This document shows, one piece after another, positions 29,439 through 39,326 of a stretch of DNA of 64,000 bases. The notes beneath the pieces were generated by a model. The model was not told the DNA's origin and did not search any database. It saw only the letters and a program-made list of their open reading frames with translations. Location: NCBI GenBank assembly GCA_903834625.1, contig CAILJQ010000002.1, positions 2,980 through 66,979 on the forward strand, written 5' to 3'. The translations under genes were made by a program, and so were the position numbers. The DNA is from an uncultured Bacteroidota bacterium. GTDB taxonomy: Bacteria; Bacteroidota; Bacteroidia; UKL13-3. The stretch's first letter is position 1; every line of letters starts with the position of its first letter.

Positions 29439-30160
29439 TACATGGATTTTAATTTTTCTAGCATTTCAGTTAAACTCTTTTCGTCTGTGAATCCACGCGT
29501 AAGAGCATAGTATTTACCATTTTTAATAGCTAAAACTGCGGGATAACCTTGAACGCCGAATTGGTGAGATTCTGCATATCCATCAAATGCTTTTTTCTTA
29601 AATTCTTCGCTGTGAAGTTTCAACAAAAACTCTTGAGGGTTTATTCCAAATTTAATAGCTAAGGCCTCATATACAGCATCACTCCTTAAATCTTCACCTT
29701 TAAAAAAATACGCTTTTTGAACCTCAGAGGCAAAGGAAATTGCTTGCATTGGGTGATATGATTTAAATACTTCAATAGCAATTGATGGTATAACCGAAGA
29801 AGAATATAAACTCTTATCGCGAAGTTTGGCCAAATAAGGTTCACCAAATTTAACTCCAGAATATTCTTCTACGCGAGGATATGCACCTAATATATAATCT
29901 GCAAAATCACCAATGGGGCCTTCACGTTCACCTACAACCATGCCACCACTTAAAATGGTAAAATGAAAATCATTGGCATATTTAACCGAGGCATTTTTGA
30001 TGATATCACTAAAACCATAACACCAGCCACACATGGGATCAAAAACATAAATGATAGAATCTTTCGCTTGAGTCATATAAGAACTAAATAAGATAAATAA
30101 AATGATTACTGCTTTGCGCAATGTGGCAGTGAAATTTATGGAGATATGGGGTAGTTTCAT
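29438..30160 (-). CDS. DsbA family (thioredoxin fold) protein, probably exported
   Basis: YVFDPMCGWCYGF CxxC and GVQGYP cis-Pro motifs; N-terminal hydrophobic segment. Confidence 0.88.
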   Translation of the reverse strand: MKLPHISINFTATLRKAVIILFILFSSYMTQAKDSIIYVFDPMCGWCYGFSDIIKNASVKYANDFHFTILSGGMVVGEREGPIGDFADYILGAYPRVEEYSGVKFGEPYLAKLRDKSLYSSSVIPSIAIEVFKSYHPMQAISFASEVQKAYFFKGEDLRSDAVYEALAIKFGINPQEFLLKLHSEEFKKKAFDGYAESHQFGVQGYPAVLAIKNGKYYALTRGFTDEKSLTEMLEKLKSM

Positions 30161-30172
30161 GGCGCGCAACTC

Positions 30173-30182
30173 GGTTCAGACC
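30173..30182. repeat. Dispersed near-palindrome copy 8 (tcGGTTCAGACCga), intergenic
   Basis: Exact motif between the membrane-protein stop and the dsbA-family start. Confidence 0.8.
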
Positions 30183-30191
30183 GAAAAAAAA

Positions 30192-30587
30192 TTAGGTGCG
30201 TTTGATAAAAAAGTATGACCCTACAACTGCAACTATAAAGTGCATAGGAACTGTTAACAAGGCAAAATTAGCAGGAGCTACAGATCCATCTGGTAAAACA
30301 GTTTGGAAGGAAGGGAATATGCTAAAAACAGCAAAGGCACTTGCCAAAATATAATAGAGTAGTTTCCCTTTTAAGAAATTACGTAGCAATAACACATACA
30401 CAAATGAGCCCACTATTAAAGGCAAAATAGATGAAAATACAATAGCCATAACAAACCCTTTGGGTAAATTACTTATGCCAACTGTGTTTACCAGAATTAC
30501 ATACCAAAAAATATTGATACCAGCAGAAACAAGGCCGCCTTGCAGGGCAGCCTTCATTCCTTTTCCAAATGTGATGTTTGAATACAT
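30192..30587 (-). CDS. Hypothetical membrane protein (about 4 TM segments)
   Basis: Hydrophobic helices, a His in the last helix (PMHF); start overlaps the yceI stop. Confidence 0.75.
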   Translation of the reverse strand: MYSNITFGKGMKAALQGGLVSAGINIFWYVILVNTVGISNLPKGFVMAIVFSSILPLIVGSFVYVLLLRNFLKGKLLYYILASAFAVFSIFPSFQTVLPDGSVAPANFALLTVPMHFIVAVVGSYFFIKRT

Positions 30588-31117
30588 TAGGCTAATTTAA
30601 CCAATTGAATATTACAAACCAATTTTACTTCATCACTCACTACAATCCCGCCAGCTTCGGTAGTGGCTGTCCATTTTAAATCAAAATCTTTTCTATTGAT
30701 TTTACCATTTAACTCAAATCCTGCTTTTTGATTACCATATGGATCAGTCATCATGCCATTGTAAGCCACTTCTAATTTCACAGATTTGGTGATATTACGA
30801 ATGGTTAAATCACCCGTTAAAGCATACTCACCATCTGCATTTTTTGTAAATGAAGTTGAAGCAAAAGTTAACTGAGGGTAGGCATCTGCATTGAAAAAAT
30901 CGTCGCTCATTAAGTGACCATCTCTCATTTCATTTCCTGTGCTGATTGATTTGATATCAGCACTAAATTGAATAGCTGCATCTGAAAAATCATCTGTTGA
31001 AGAAGTAGCCTCTCCTTGAAATGAACTAAATTTTCCGCTAACGGTTGAAATCATTAGGTGCTTTACCTTAAATTCAACTTCTGAATGGGTTGGGTCAATT
31101 GACCATTTGTTACTCAT
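30587..31117 (-). CDS. yceI: YceI family polyisoprenoid-binding protein
   Basis: WSIDPTHSEVEFKVKHLMIS, RDGHL..DDFF and INRKDF. Confidence 0.95.
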   Translation of the reverse strand: MSNKWSIDPTHSEVEFKVKHLMISTVSGKFSSFQGEATSSTDDFSDAAIQFSADIKSISTGNEMRDGHLMSDDFFNADAYPQLTFASTSFTKNADGEYALTGDLTIRNITKSVKLEVAYNGMMTDPYGNQKAGFELNGKINRKDFDLKWTATTEAGGIVVSDEVKLVCNIQLVKLA

Positions 31118-31149
31118 ATGATTTATTTTTTATAGTTTAAATTTCGATA

Positions 31150-31180
31150 CAAATGTATAAACATTATTTGTATATACAAG
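31150..31180 (-). promoter_or_regulatory. yceI operon promoter (TACATTTG) with overlapping palindrome TTGTATATACAA
   Basis: CAAATGTA at 31150-31157 is TAnnTTTG on the minus strand; perfect 12-bp palindrome at 31168-31179. Confidence 0.65.
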
Positions 31181-31224
31181 TATTTGAAAATATATTAATA
31201 CAACACGCTAATAATCAATTACTA

Positions 31225-31617
31225 TTAAGAAGTTGCGGCCTCTAATAATTGTCTGATTTTCTCATCAGTTAGGGGTTTGGAGATAAACCCTTTTACCTTA
31301 GTATACGTTTTAGATTTTTCTAAATCTTTCACATCTATGCTTGAGGTAAACATGAATATTTTTGTATGAAGTGGAAGTAGGGAATATTCATCTAAAAAAT
31401 CCCAACCAGAATATTCTGGCATATTGATATCCAGTAGAATAATTGAATTCTCTGGTAAAATGTTCATGGTAAAATAGGAAAGAGCTTCTCTCCCATTTAA
31501 AAAGCTCGATATATTAAGACTTGCATCATAATTCAACAAGATTCTTTCACTAACCAAAATGGTTAAGCGATCATCGTCAATAATAAAAATTTTACCAGGA
31601 TTCAATGTATCTATCAA
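31225..31617 (-). CDS. Single-domain response regulator (CheY-like receiver)
   Basis: IIDDD, LLDINMP (phospho-Asp), FTSS and SKPL; TTG start. Confidence 0.9.
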   Translation of the reverse strand: MIDTLNPGKIFIIDDDRLTILVSERILLNYDASLNISSFLNGREALSYFTMNILPENSIILLDINMPEYSGWDFLDEYSLLPLHTKIFMFTSSIDVKDLEKSKTYTKVKGFISKPLTDEKIRQLLEAATS

Positions 31618-31745
31618 TAAACTCTAAACATACAATCATACACAAGTTTTCCTTAATTAAAAAACAAACCTTACCATTAGATGTAATAAACATGCGAAAC
31701 ATTTATTATTTGAAACAAATGGAAGAACCTAATGTTAGATAGTAC

Positions 31746-32237
31746 ATGAGGAATATTTATAGCATCTCAGTGCAAGACATTAACGGTGAAATGGTTTCGA
31801 TATCAAAGTACCAAGGGAAAGTTTTGCTTATTGTAAATACGGCATCTGAATGCGGTTTCACACCACAGTTGAGACAATTGGAAGAATTATACCAAAAATT
31901 TAATTCAAGGGGATTAGAAATTTTGGCATTCCCATGTAATGATTTTGGTGGGCAAGAGCCATTACAAGGAAAGGAAGTGAAGGAATTTTGTAGTTTAAAA
32001 TACAAAACAACTTTTCCTATATTCAACAAGGTAAGAATAAAAGGATTAAAACCTTCAGAGCTATATGCTTATTTAGGTTCAACCAGAGAAAGTGGTAAAT
32101 GGACCATATCACCCAAATGGAATTTTCACAAATATTTGGTAGACAGAAATGGCCGTTTAGTAGATTTCTTCTTACCCAATACATCTCCCCTATCTAGTTC
32201 TGTTGTAACAAAAATTGAAAAGTTATTACCTCGTTAA
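31746..32237 (+). CDS. Glutathione peroxidase family protein (Cys type)
   Basis: VNTASECGFTPQ, FPCNDFGGQEP and KWNFHK. Confidence 0.95.
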   Translation: MRNIYSISVQDINGEMVSISKYQGKVLLIVNTASECGFTPQLRQLEELYQKFNSRGLEILAFPCNDFGGQEPLQGKEVKEFCSLKYKTTFPIFNKVRIKGLKPSELYAYLGSTRESGKWTISPKWNFHKYLVDRNGRLVDFFLPNTSPLSSSVVTKIEKLLPR

Positions 32238-34633
32238 ATGATGAGGTTAACGATGGTAACTCCATCGCCGCCCATTTCAATATGTTCATCTTGGAAACTA
32301 GCCACCATTTTGTGTGCATGTAATTTTTCTCTGATTATTTTACGTAAGATTCCATAACCCTTACCATGCACAATACGAATTTGTTTTACCCCTAATAAAA
32401 TCGATTCATCTAAATATTCATCTAATTTCTTCAAAGCGTCTTCTCCTCTTGTACCAATCAAATTGAGCTCCGAGGCAAAGTTCTGAAATTTCTCATTGAG
32501 GTTAATACCCTTGGCAGCCTGCTTTAAATCTGCTTTCACTTCAGATTTACTTACCTTTTCTAGCTTGTTCAAGGGAACTGAAGTTCTTAAATCACCAAAT
32601 GCCACCATAGCTTTTGATTTACCTAATTCTAAAACCACACCTATGGCTTGTTGGTCTTTCATTTTGATAAAATCTCCTACTATAATTTGGGCATTGGTAT
32701 CTACCACAAAAACAGGTTCGGGTGTGGTTTCAGCAATCAATTGATCAAGGTCTTGCTTTAACACCTTTAAATCTTCTTTCACCATTGTTCTCGCATGACG
32801 TTGCGACTCAGAATCGGCTTGATTTTCTTTGATTTCACGAATGGTCGCCTCTATTTTACTATTGGCTTCCGTAACCAAAGCAAGGGCTTCTTCTTTTGCC
32901 TTTTTAAGTAACAATTTCTTGCTCGTTTCTATTTCATCTGCCAATTTCTCATATTTCTCTTGAAATTGTTTAGCTTTAGCCTCCCGTTCGGCAGCACGCG
33001 TTTTTAGGTCGTGAATTTGTTTCTTTTCTTTTTCAAGTTCTACCAGTAATTCATCTACTTTTCTTTGCTTATCACCTACTTTGTTTTTTGCGTAGTTAAT
33101 GATCTGTTGGTTCAAACCGCTTTTAATAGCCAGTTCAAAGGCATAACTGCTACCAGGTTTACCTAATTTTAAGACATAAAGTGGTTGCATATGTTCATGA
33201 TCGAAAAGCATACTTGCATTTTCTAATCCTGCATATTGGCTTGCAAAATTTTTGAGGTTACTAAAGTGCGTAGTAACAATTCCATGTGCTTTTTTCTGAG
33301 CCAAATGATGTAGGATAGCTTCCGCCAATGGTCCACCGAATTGCGGATCTGTACCCGTACCAAACTCATCTATTAAGAATAAAGTTTTGGCATCGGCAAA
33401 ATCACAAAAATTCTTCATGCTTAGTAGATGAGAGCTATAAGTACTTAAATCGTTTTCAATACTTTGTTCATCACCAATATCTACCATTATCTCCTTATAA
33501 ATACCTAATTCGCTATGTGAATCACATGGAATAAGCAGACCACATTGTAACATGTATTGAAGTAAACCTACCGTTTTAAGGCAAACAGATTTTCCACCAG
33601 CATTTGGACCGGAAATAACCACAATATGTTTTTCTTTATTCAACGAGATAGAAAGTGGAACCGTTGTTAAGCCAGCTTTATCGTGACTCATGCGTAACAG
33701 TGGATGAAAGGCTCTTTCTAAATTAAGGGATGGATGCTTACTAACAATGGGCAAATGAGCTTTCATTTCAATAGCCAACAAGCCTTTAGCACGAATAAAA
33801 TCAAACAAACCCATGCGTTGAAGGTTCTTCTCCAATTCGGGAATTTCTGGACGAATTTGATCTGTTAATTCAAGCAATATTCGTTCGCGTTCTCTTCGAT
33901 ATGCGATCTGCAATTCGCGTAACATATTGTTCAAATCAAAGCACTCTGAAGGTTCTATATACACAGTTTGCCCCGTATTAGATTCATCGTGCACAAAACC
34001 GGGTACATGACGTTTATGCTCTGCCAGCACAGGCAGCACCAAACGACCCTCTCTGATGGTAATCCCAATTTGGTCTGTTAAGTATCCAAGGTTGGTATTT
34101 TTATCAAAGAGCTTTTGAATACGCTTACGAATTTCAGTTTCTTTCTCATGAATTTTGGAAGAAATTTTAGCCAATTCAGGAGAAGCATTAGGTCGCATGT
34201 TTCCTTCATGGTCTATTACCCTATCAATTCTTCGAACAATTAGGTCGTTAATAATTAAACCTTCTAATAACGACTCTAATTCTGGGTATTTTCCATTTCT
34301 TTCTCTAAAGTAAGCTGTTAAATGTAGAAATGCTTGAACTACTAATTTTATTTGCTGCAATTCTTCCTCTTGAAGCCAAATTCCTTCGATTCTAGCCTTA
34401 TACAAGTATGGACCAACATCAAAATAATGTTCATTCGGAAAAGGTGAATCTTCTGTAAGAATGGTTTTGAACTCATTGCTTTGATGCAACATTTTTTGGA
34501 GTAAGTCGAAACGGTTAACAAACCGCATTCTGCTCACATAATAATTGCCCATAGGAGAAAGGCAACGGGTGTTCAACAAATCTCTAACAGCGTTAAAGCC
34601 AAGTTTATTTTCGATAGTAGATGGGAAAGGCAA
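32234..34633 (-). CDS. mutS2: MutS2 family protein with Smr domain
   Basis: SGPNAGGKS, LSTYSSHL, DEFGTGTDP, and C-terminal IVHGKGYG...GGDGVT. Confidence 0.95.
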   Translation of the reverse strand: MPFPSTIENKLGFNAVRDLLNTRCLSPMGNYYVSRMRFVNRFDLLQKMLHQSNEFKTILTEDSPFPNEHYFDVGPYLYKARIEGIWLQEEELQQIKLVVQAFLHLTAYFRERNGKYPELESLLEGLIINDLIVRRIDRVIDHEGNMRPNASPELAKISSKIHEKETEIRKRIQKLFDKNTNLGYLTDQIGITIREGRLVLPVLAEHKRHVPGFVHDESNTGQTVYIEPSECFDLNNMLRELQIAYRRERERILLELTDQIRPEIPELEKNLQRMGLFDFIRAKGLLAIEMKAHLPIVSKHPSLNLERAFHPLLRMSHDKAGLTTVPLSISLNKEKHIVVISGPNAGGKSVCLKTVGLLQYMLQCGLLIPCDSHSELGIYKEIMVDIGDEQSIENDLSTYSSHLLSMKNFCDFADAKTLFLIDEFGTGTDPQFGGPLAEAILHHLAQKKAHGIVTTHFSNLKNFASQYAGLENASMLFDHEHMQPLYVLKLGKPGSSYAFELAIKSGLNQQIINYAKNKVGDKQRKVDELLVELEKEKKQIHDLKTRAAEREAKAKQFQEKYEKLADEIETSKKLLLKKAKEEALALVTEANSKIEATIREIKENQADSESQRHARTMVKEDLKVLKQDLDQLIAETTPEPVFVVDTNAQIIVGDFIKMKDQQAIGVVLELGKSKAMVAFGDLRTSVPLNKLEKVSKSEVKADLKQAAKGINLNEKFQNFASELNLIGTRGEDALKKLDEYLDESILLGVKQIRIVHGKGYGILRKIIREKLHAHKMVASFQDEHIEMGGDGVTIVNLII
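33109..33118. repeat. Dispersed near-palindrome copy 9 (GGTTCAAACC)
   Basis: Exact motif inside mutS2 (encodes GLNQ). Confidence 0.75.
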
Positions 34634-34648
34634 AATAGTTAATAATTA

Positions 34649-35068
34649 TCAAGGTTTAGAACTAGGAACTGGCATAGATTCACCAGCGGGAATTGGCACA
34701 GATGCTCCACGCGATTGTGTTTCTCGTTTATTTAATTCATCTACGATAAAGGTATAAATGGTATCCATTTCCATAGGAATACTTAGGTAATAATCGAAAC
34801 TCGCCTCAAAGGATTCTTGGGATGTTTGGTATTTATTTAGCACAAAATCATAATAACCTGCATTCATTCTTTTGATAGAATCTGGCGTAAGGTTATTGGC
34901 GGAAAGTCCGGCATCTGCCATATGCATATCTGCCATTATATTGGCCATTGTTTCCCTAGAAACAAGGTCGCTTGGTTTTTTAACTGACTGCAAACCATCA
35001 TTTGTGCAGGAAAGAAATAGCACAAATAAAGTTATAATCGGATATTTGATAAATTTTTCAATTCTCAT
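34649..35068 (-). CDS. DUF4296-like lipoprotein
   Basis: Lipobox FLS-C; KPSDLV...M..IMADMH.AD and F..SFDYY patterns. Confidence 0.8.
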   Translation of the reverse strand: MRIEKFIKYPIITLFVLFLSCTNDGLQSVKKPSDLVSRETMANIMADMHMADAGLSANNLTPDSIKRMNAGYYDFVLNKYQTSQESFEASFDYYLSIPMEMDTIYTFIVDELNKRETQSRGASVPIPAGESMPVPSSKP

Positions 35069-35726
35069 GATAGCTGCAAATATTCAAAAAATAAATCAGG
35101 AAATAGGTCAACACGCAAGATTAATTGCAGTAAGTAAGACAAAACCCATTGAGTTGTTGCAAGAGGCCTACAATGCGGGACAGAGATTATTTGGTGAAAA
35201 CAAGGTCCAGGAAATGGCCGCTAAATGGGAACAATTGCCCAAAGACATTCAGTGGCACATGATTGGACATTTGCAAAGCAACAAGGTAAAATACATGGCA
35301 GGATTTGTGGATTTGATACATTCTGTTGATAGTTTTAAATTATTGGAAGTTATTAATAAAGAGGCCGCAAAAAACAATAGAAAAATAAATTGTTTGTTAC
35401 AAGTTTACATTGCAAGCGAGGAAACCAAATTTGGCTTAGACGAAGGAGAATTAATGGAACTTTTGGAGCGACTTAAAAATAGCCCGTTACCGAATATTGA
35501 AATAAAGGGTTTGATGGGAATGGCAAGTAATACAGAGGATACAAACCTAATTAGAAGGGAGTTTAAGAGTTTAAAACAATTGTTTGATAAATGTAAGGCT
35601 ACCTATTTTGTTGGTTCGAACCAATTTAATGATATTTCTATGGGCATGAGTGGAGATTATACCATTGCTGTGGAGGAAGGTTCAACTTTGGTGAGGGTGG
35701 GTAGTTCTATTTTTGGCAGCCGTTGA
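35067..35726 (+). CDS. yggS: YggS/PLPBP pyridoxal phosphate homeostasis protein (start reassigned to 35067)
   Basis: AVSKTK (PLP lysine), FGENKVQE, WHMIGHLQSNK, SMGMSGD and VRVGSSIFG. Confidence 0.96.
   Translation: MIAANIQKINQEIGQHARLIAVSKTKPIELLQEAYNAGQRLFGENKVQEMAAKWEQLPKDIQWHMIGHLQSNKVKYMAGFVDLIHSVDSFKLLEVINKEAAKNNRKINCLLQVYIASEETKFGLDEGELMELLERLKNSPLPNIEIKGLMGMASNTEDTNLIRREFKSLKQLFDKCKATYFVGSNQFNDISMGMSGDYTIAVEEGSTLVRVGSSIFGSR
35613..35622. repeat. Dispersed palindrome copy 10 (core of the perfect 14-mer TTGGTTCGAACCAA)
   Basis: Exact motif inside yggS (encodes GSNQ). Confidence 0.85.
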
Positions 35727-35762
35727 AAAAGTTTTTGGCATTTCTTATTTTCAAAAAAGTTC

Positions 35763-36128
35763 ATGAAAATGGAAGTCAAAAAATGCCAATTTTGTCAAAC
35801 TGAAATTAAAGGAAGAGCTGATAAAAAATTTTGTGACAACTACTGCCGCAGTAGTTTCAGCAATAAAAGTCACAAGGATGCAAATAGGTTATTGCGTGTA
35901 ACCAACAGTATTCTCAAAAAAAACAGAATAATACTTGAGAAACTATATTTGTCGAAACAAGGAATAGAAAACAGTTTTCAGAGTATTAAATTCTTAGAAA
36001 TGGGATATAATTTTAAATTCCAAACCCATTGGAAAGAGATAGAATCTGGAAAAATCTGTGTTTGTTGTTATGATTATGGGTATGTTCAAGATAGCCGGGG
36101 GCAGCTTGCCATTATTCGATTGAACTAA
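35763..36128 (+). CDS. Hypothetical Zn-ribbon protein
   Basis: CQFC...GRADKKFCDNYCR and C-terminal CYDYGY. Confidence 0.75.
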   Translation: MKMEVKKCQFCQTEIKGRADKKFCDNYCRSSFSNKSHKDANRLLRVTNSILKKNRIILEKLYLSKQGIENSFQSIKFLEMGYNFKFQTHWKEIESGKICVCCYDYGYVQDSRGQLAIIRLN

Positions 36129-36144
36129 CCTACCTTTGCATCTT

Positions 36145-37002
36145 ATGATTGAAATAGGGAAGAAAAACAACTTAAGGGCGTTAAGAAACACCACAGCAGG
36201 AATGTACCTCACTGATGGAAAAGGAAATGAGGTATTACTTCCAAACAAATATGTTCCCAAATCATTTGCTATTGGTGAGCTAATTGAGGTATTTATATAC
36301 AAAGATTCAGAGGATAGGATTACTGCAACTACCTTGGTACCCTTGATTGAATTAGGTGGATTTGCCTTTCTGAAAGTAAACCAGGTAACAGCCTTTGGTG
36401 CCTTTTTAGATTGGGGTATGGAAAAAGACCTTTTGGTTCCAATTAAGGAGCAAAAAGAACGAATGGAAGAAGGGGAATTTTATGTGGTAAGTATGTATTT
36501 GGATGAGACCAGTGACAGGTTGGTAGCATCCTCTAAAATAAAAAAGTTCCTAGACAATGAAGATATTGCCCTTCAGGTAGGTGAATCGGTTCAGGCCGTA
36601 ATTTTTGAAGATACCCCTTTAGGATATTTGGCTATAGTGAATGGAAAACATAAAGGGCTATTATACCATAATGAAGTATTTGAGCGCTTACGTATGGGAG
36701 ATGAAATTACGGCTTATGTAAAAAAAGTAAAAGAGGGTGGCGATTTAGATTTAAGTAAACAGAAAATTGGGTTTTCTCATGTGAATGACCAAACAGATGT
36801 TTTATTAAACCTCATTAAAAAAAGTGGGGGCTTTTTGCCCTTACATGACAACAGCTCTCCTGAGGAAATTCAATTTAAATTGAAGATGAGCAAAAAGGTT
36901 TTTAAAAAAGCTGTTGGAATGCTCTACAAAATGAAGAAAATAAGCATTAGTAATGAAGGAATATCATTGGTAAGGCAACCAAATGAAAGAAGGAAAGATT
37001 AG
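36145..37002 (+). CDS. cvfB: CvfB/YitL family S1 RNA-binding protein
   Basis: VFIYKDSEDR, GAFLDWG..KDLLVP and MSKKVFKKAVG.LYK; TACCTTTG promoter at 36131-36138. Confidence 0.9.
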   Translation: MIEIGKKNNLRALRNTTAGMYLTDGKGNEVLLPNKYVPKSFAIGELIEVFIYKDSEDRITATTLVPLIELGGFAFLKVNQVTAFGAFLDWGMEKDLLVPIKEQKERMEEGEFYVVSMYLDETSDRLVASSKIKKFLDNEDIALQVGESVQAVIFEDTPLGYLAIVNGKHKGLLYHNEVFERLRMGDEITAYVKKVKEGGDLDLSKQKIGFSHVNDQTDVLLNLIKKSGGFLPLHDNSSPEEIQFKLKMSKKVFKKAVGMLYKMKKISISNEGISLVRQPNERRKD

Positions 37003-37046
37003 TAAAATTGAATAAAGAAATTTAATTTCACACCTTACATTACCTC

Positions 37047-39248
37047 ATGCAAATAGATATAGAAGTTCAGAAAATAATAAGCCTTCTGCATGAAGCATAC
37101 GAGATAAGAGGTAACAATATAGCTGAAAGCATTAAATTAACTCAAATAGCGCTTGATTTAAGTGAGGAAAACAAGCAACCTGAACTCATTGCGCAATGCT
37201 TAACGAGGTTGGCTTTGTTTCATATGATTAAAGGTAACTATACCCAATCTAATGAGCTATCGGAGAAGGCCATAAATTATTATGAAACCATAAATGATGA
37301 TCTAGGCATTGCCAATGCTAGGTTTAACATTGCAAGTGTTTACTATAAAACCGACAATTTTCATATGGGTTTATTGAACCTAATTGAATGCTTGCAGATT
37401 TATAAAAAACATAATGATCACCATAACATAGCCCGAGTATATAAATCACTTGGAACCATTTATGAATATTTTGGTGATGAAATTAAAGCGATATCCGCCT
37501 ATGAAGAAACCATCTCACATGCCGCAATGGTTGGAGATAGGAATATGGTTTCCAATGCCTATAATCCCTTATCTGGAATATACCTTAAAAAAGGAGAACT
37601 AACCACAGCCATGGATTTGGCAGAGAAAGCTATCCAAATAAAAAGGGAAACTGGAGATACCAGAGGTTATGCTTTCTCTGTGTATGCAAGAGCTAAAGTA
37701 TATTCTGAAATGGGTGAATATGGTTTAGCAGAAACCGATTATAAAGAATCGTTAAAGATACACCAAAACACCAACGAACTCTTAGGAACTGCCATGACTC
37801 TTAGAAAGCTTGGGCAGATGTATTTGGTAAGTAACCAATTCGACAAGGCCTTAGAGACGCTTAATGAAGCAAGGGCATTTAGTTATAAAAACCAAGTTGC
37901 CATTATAAAATACAAATCAAATTACCACTTGTATGAATTGTATAAAAAAACAGATCATCCTGGCAAGTCACTCCAATATTTAGAAGATTATTTACATGAA
38001 AAAGAATTGGTAGTAAATAATCAAACCCTCACCATCATCGATAATTTTGAATTGATGAATAAGGTGGAGGCAATGAAAAGGGAATCTGAGATACAGAAGG
38101 AGCGTGCAGAAATGTTGGAGAAGAAAACCAAAGCCGAAAATTTGGCACATATTAAGCAGGATTTTCTTTCTACAATGAGCCATGAAATTAGAACTCCATT
38201 AAATGCTGTAATTACCATTGCATCGTTGCTAGAATCTCATGCATCCGAGGAGGACAGGCAACTCATTCATTCATTAAAATTCGCTTCCAATAACTTGCTT
38301 CTACTCATTAATGATATCCTTGATTTTACGAGATTAGAATCTGGTAAAATGGATTTAGAGAAAAGAAGAACACCTATAAAAAATCTATTCGAGAATCTTA
38401 TTAAAACCTATTCTGGTTTGGCTCAGGAAAAGAACCTCAATTTGAACCTTACCATTGATGATTCACTTCATGGAAAGTACTATGAAATGGATGAGACACG
38501 GTTTTCACAGATAATGATAAACTTAATTGGAAATGCCATTAAATATACCAATCAAGGAAAGATAAATGTTGAGGTAAGGTTAATAGAAATGGACAACCAT
38601 GCCGATAGTATAAGGATTTCGGTAGAAGACAGTGGTATTGGGATTCAGGAAAAAGATCAAGCCCTTATTTTCGAAAGTTTCTCTCAAACCCAAGATGTAA
38701 AAACTCGTAAACATGGAGGTTCAGGCTTAGGTTTGGCCATTGTTAGAAAACTGGTAGAACTCCACAAAAGTGAAATTAACCTAATAAGTCGACCAGGATT
38801 AGGCTCCGTATTCTATTTTGATTTGATACTGGAAAAATCAATGGAACAGGTGCAAGTACCTAAAACCCTCAATCATAATTTAAAAGGCAAGCGGATTTTA
38901 TTAGTAGAAGACAACCAAATTAACGCCATGGTGGCTGGCAAATTACTTGCGAAATGGGAATTAGAAACCAAACATGTTGCGAACGGATTATTGGCGATTG
39001 AAGCTGTTTCTAAGGAAGCATTTGATTGTATACTCATGGATATTCATATGCCAGAGATGGATGGTTTTGAAGCAACCAAATGGATAAGGACACATGAAAA
39101 CCCAAATAAGACAAAGCCAATCCTAGCATTAACAGCTGATATTACTGCAGAAAATGAAGGGAATTACAAGAACTACTTTAATGTATTTTTGCGAAAGCCC
39201 ATTGAAACAGAAAAGTTGCTAGAGAATCTCGTCAAATTCATAAAATAA
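37047..39248 (+). CDS. Cytoplasmic TPR-domain hybrid histidine kinase/response regulator
   Basis: N-terminal TPR-like helices, SHEIRTP H-box, NAIKY, DSGIG, GSGLGL, receiver LMDIHMP. Confidence 0.92.
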   Translation: MQIDIEVQKIISLLHEAYEIRGNNIAESIKLTQIALDLSEENKQPELIAQCLTRLALFHMIKGNYTQSNELSEKAINYYETINDDLGIANARFNIASVYYKTDNFHMGLLNLIECLQIYKKHNDHHNIARVYKSLGTIYEYFGDEIKAISAYEETISHAAMVGDRNMVSNAYNPLSGIYLKKGELTTAMDLAEKAIQIKRETGDTRGYAFSVYARAKVYSEMGEYGLAETDYKESLKIHQNTNELLGTAMTLRKLGQMYLVSNQFDKALETLNEARAFSYKNQVAIIKYKSNYHLYELYKKTDHPGKSLQYLEDYLHEKELVVNNQTLTIIDNFELMNKVEAMKRESEIQKERAEMLEKKTKAENLAHIKQDFLSTMSHEIRTPLNAVITIASLLESHASEEDRQLIHSLKFASNNLLLLINDILDFTRLESGKMDLEKRRTPIKNLFENLIKTYSGLAQEKNLNLNLTIDDSLHGKYYEMDETRFSQIMINLIGNAIKYTNQGKINVEVRLIEMDNHADSIRISVEDSGIGIQEKDQALIFESFSQTQDVKTRKHGGSGLGLAIVRKLVELHKSEINLISRPGLGSVFYFDLILEKSMEQVQVPKTLNHNLKGKRILLVEDNQINAMVAGKLLAKWELETKHVANGLLAIEAVSKEAFDCILMDIHMPEMDGFEATKWIRTHENPNKTKPILALTADITAENEGNYKNYFNVFLRKPIETEKLLENLVKFIK

Positions 39249-39326
39249 GTTTCCAAACCCCCGAGATAAACCTATTTTCGCCATTCAAAAAAAACCGCCC
39301 GGCCAACAACCGGGCTAAACTGTTTT

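Noticed and set aside
31746..32237. Selenocysteine (UGA) in the glutathione peroxidase, given selD in the window
   Set aside because: The active-site codon is TGC (Cys); SelD and the DsbA-like CxxC also use Cys, and I saw no in-frame UGA candidate
34872..35066. 65-aa N-terminal extension of YggS in the ORF track
   Set aside because: It is the antisense of the DUF4296-like gene; family similarity starts at the Met at 35067
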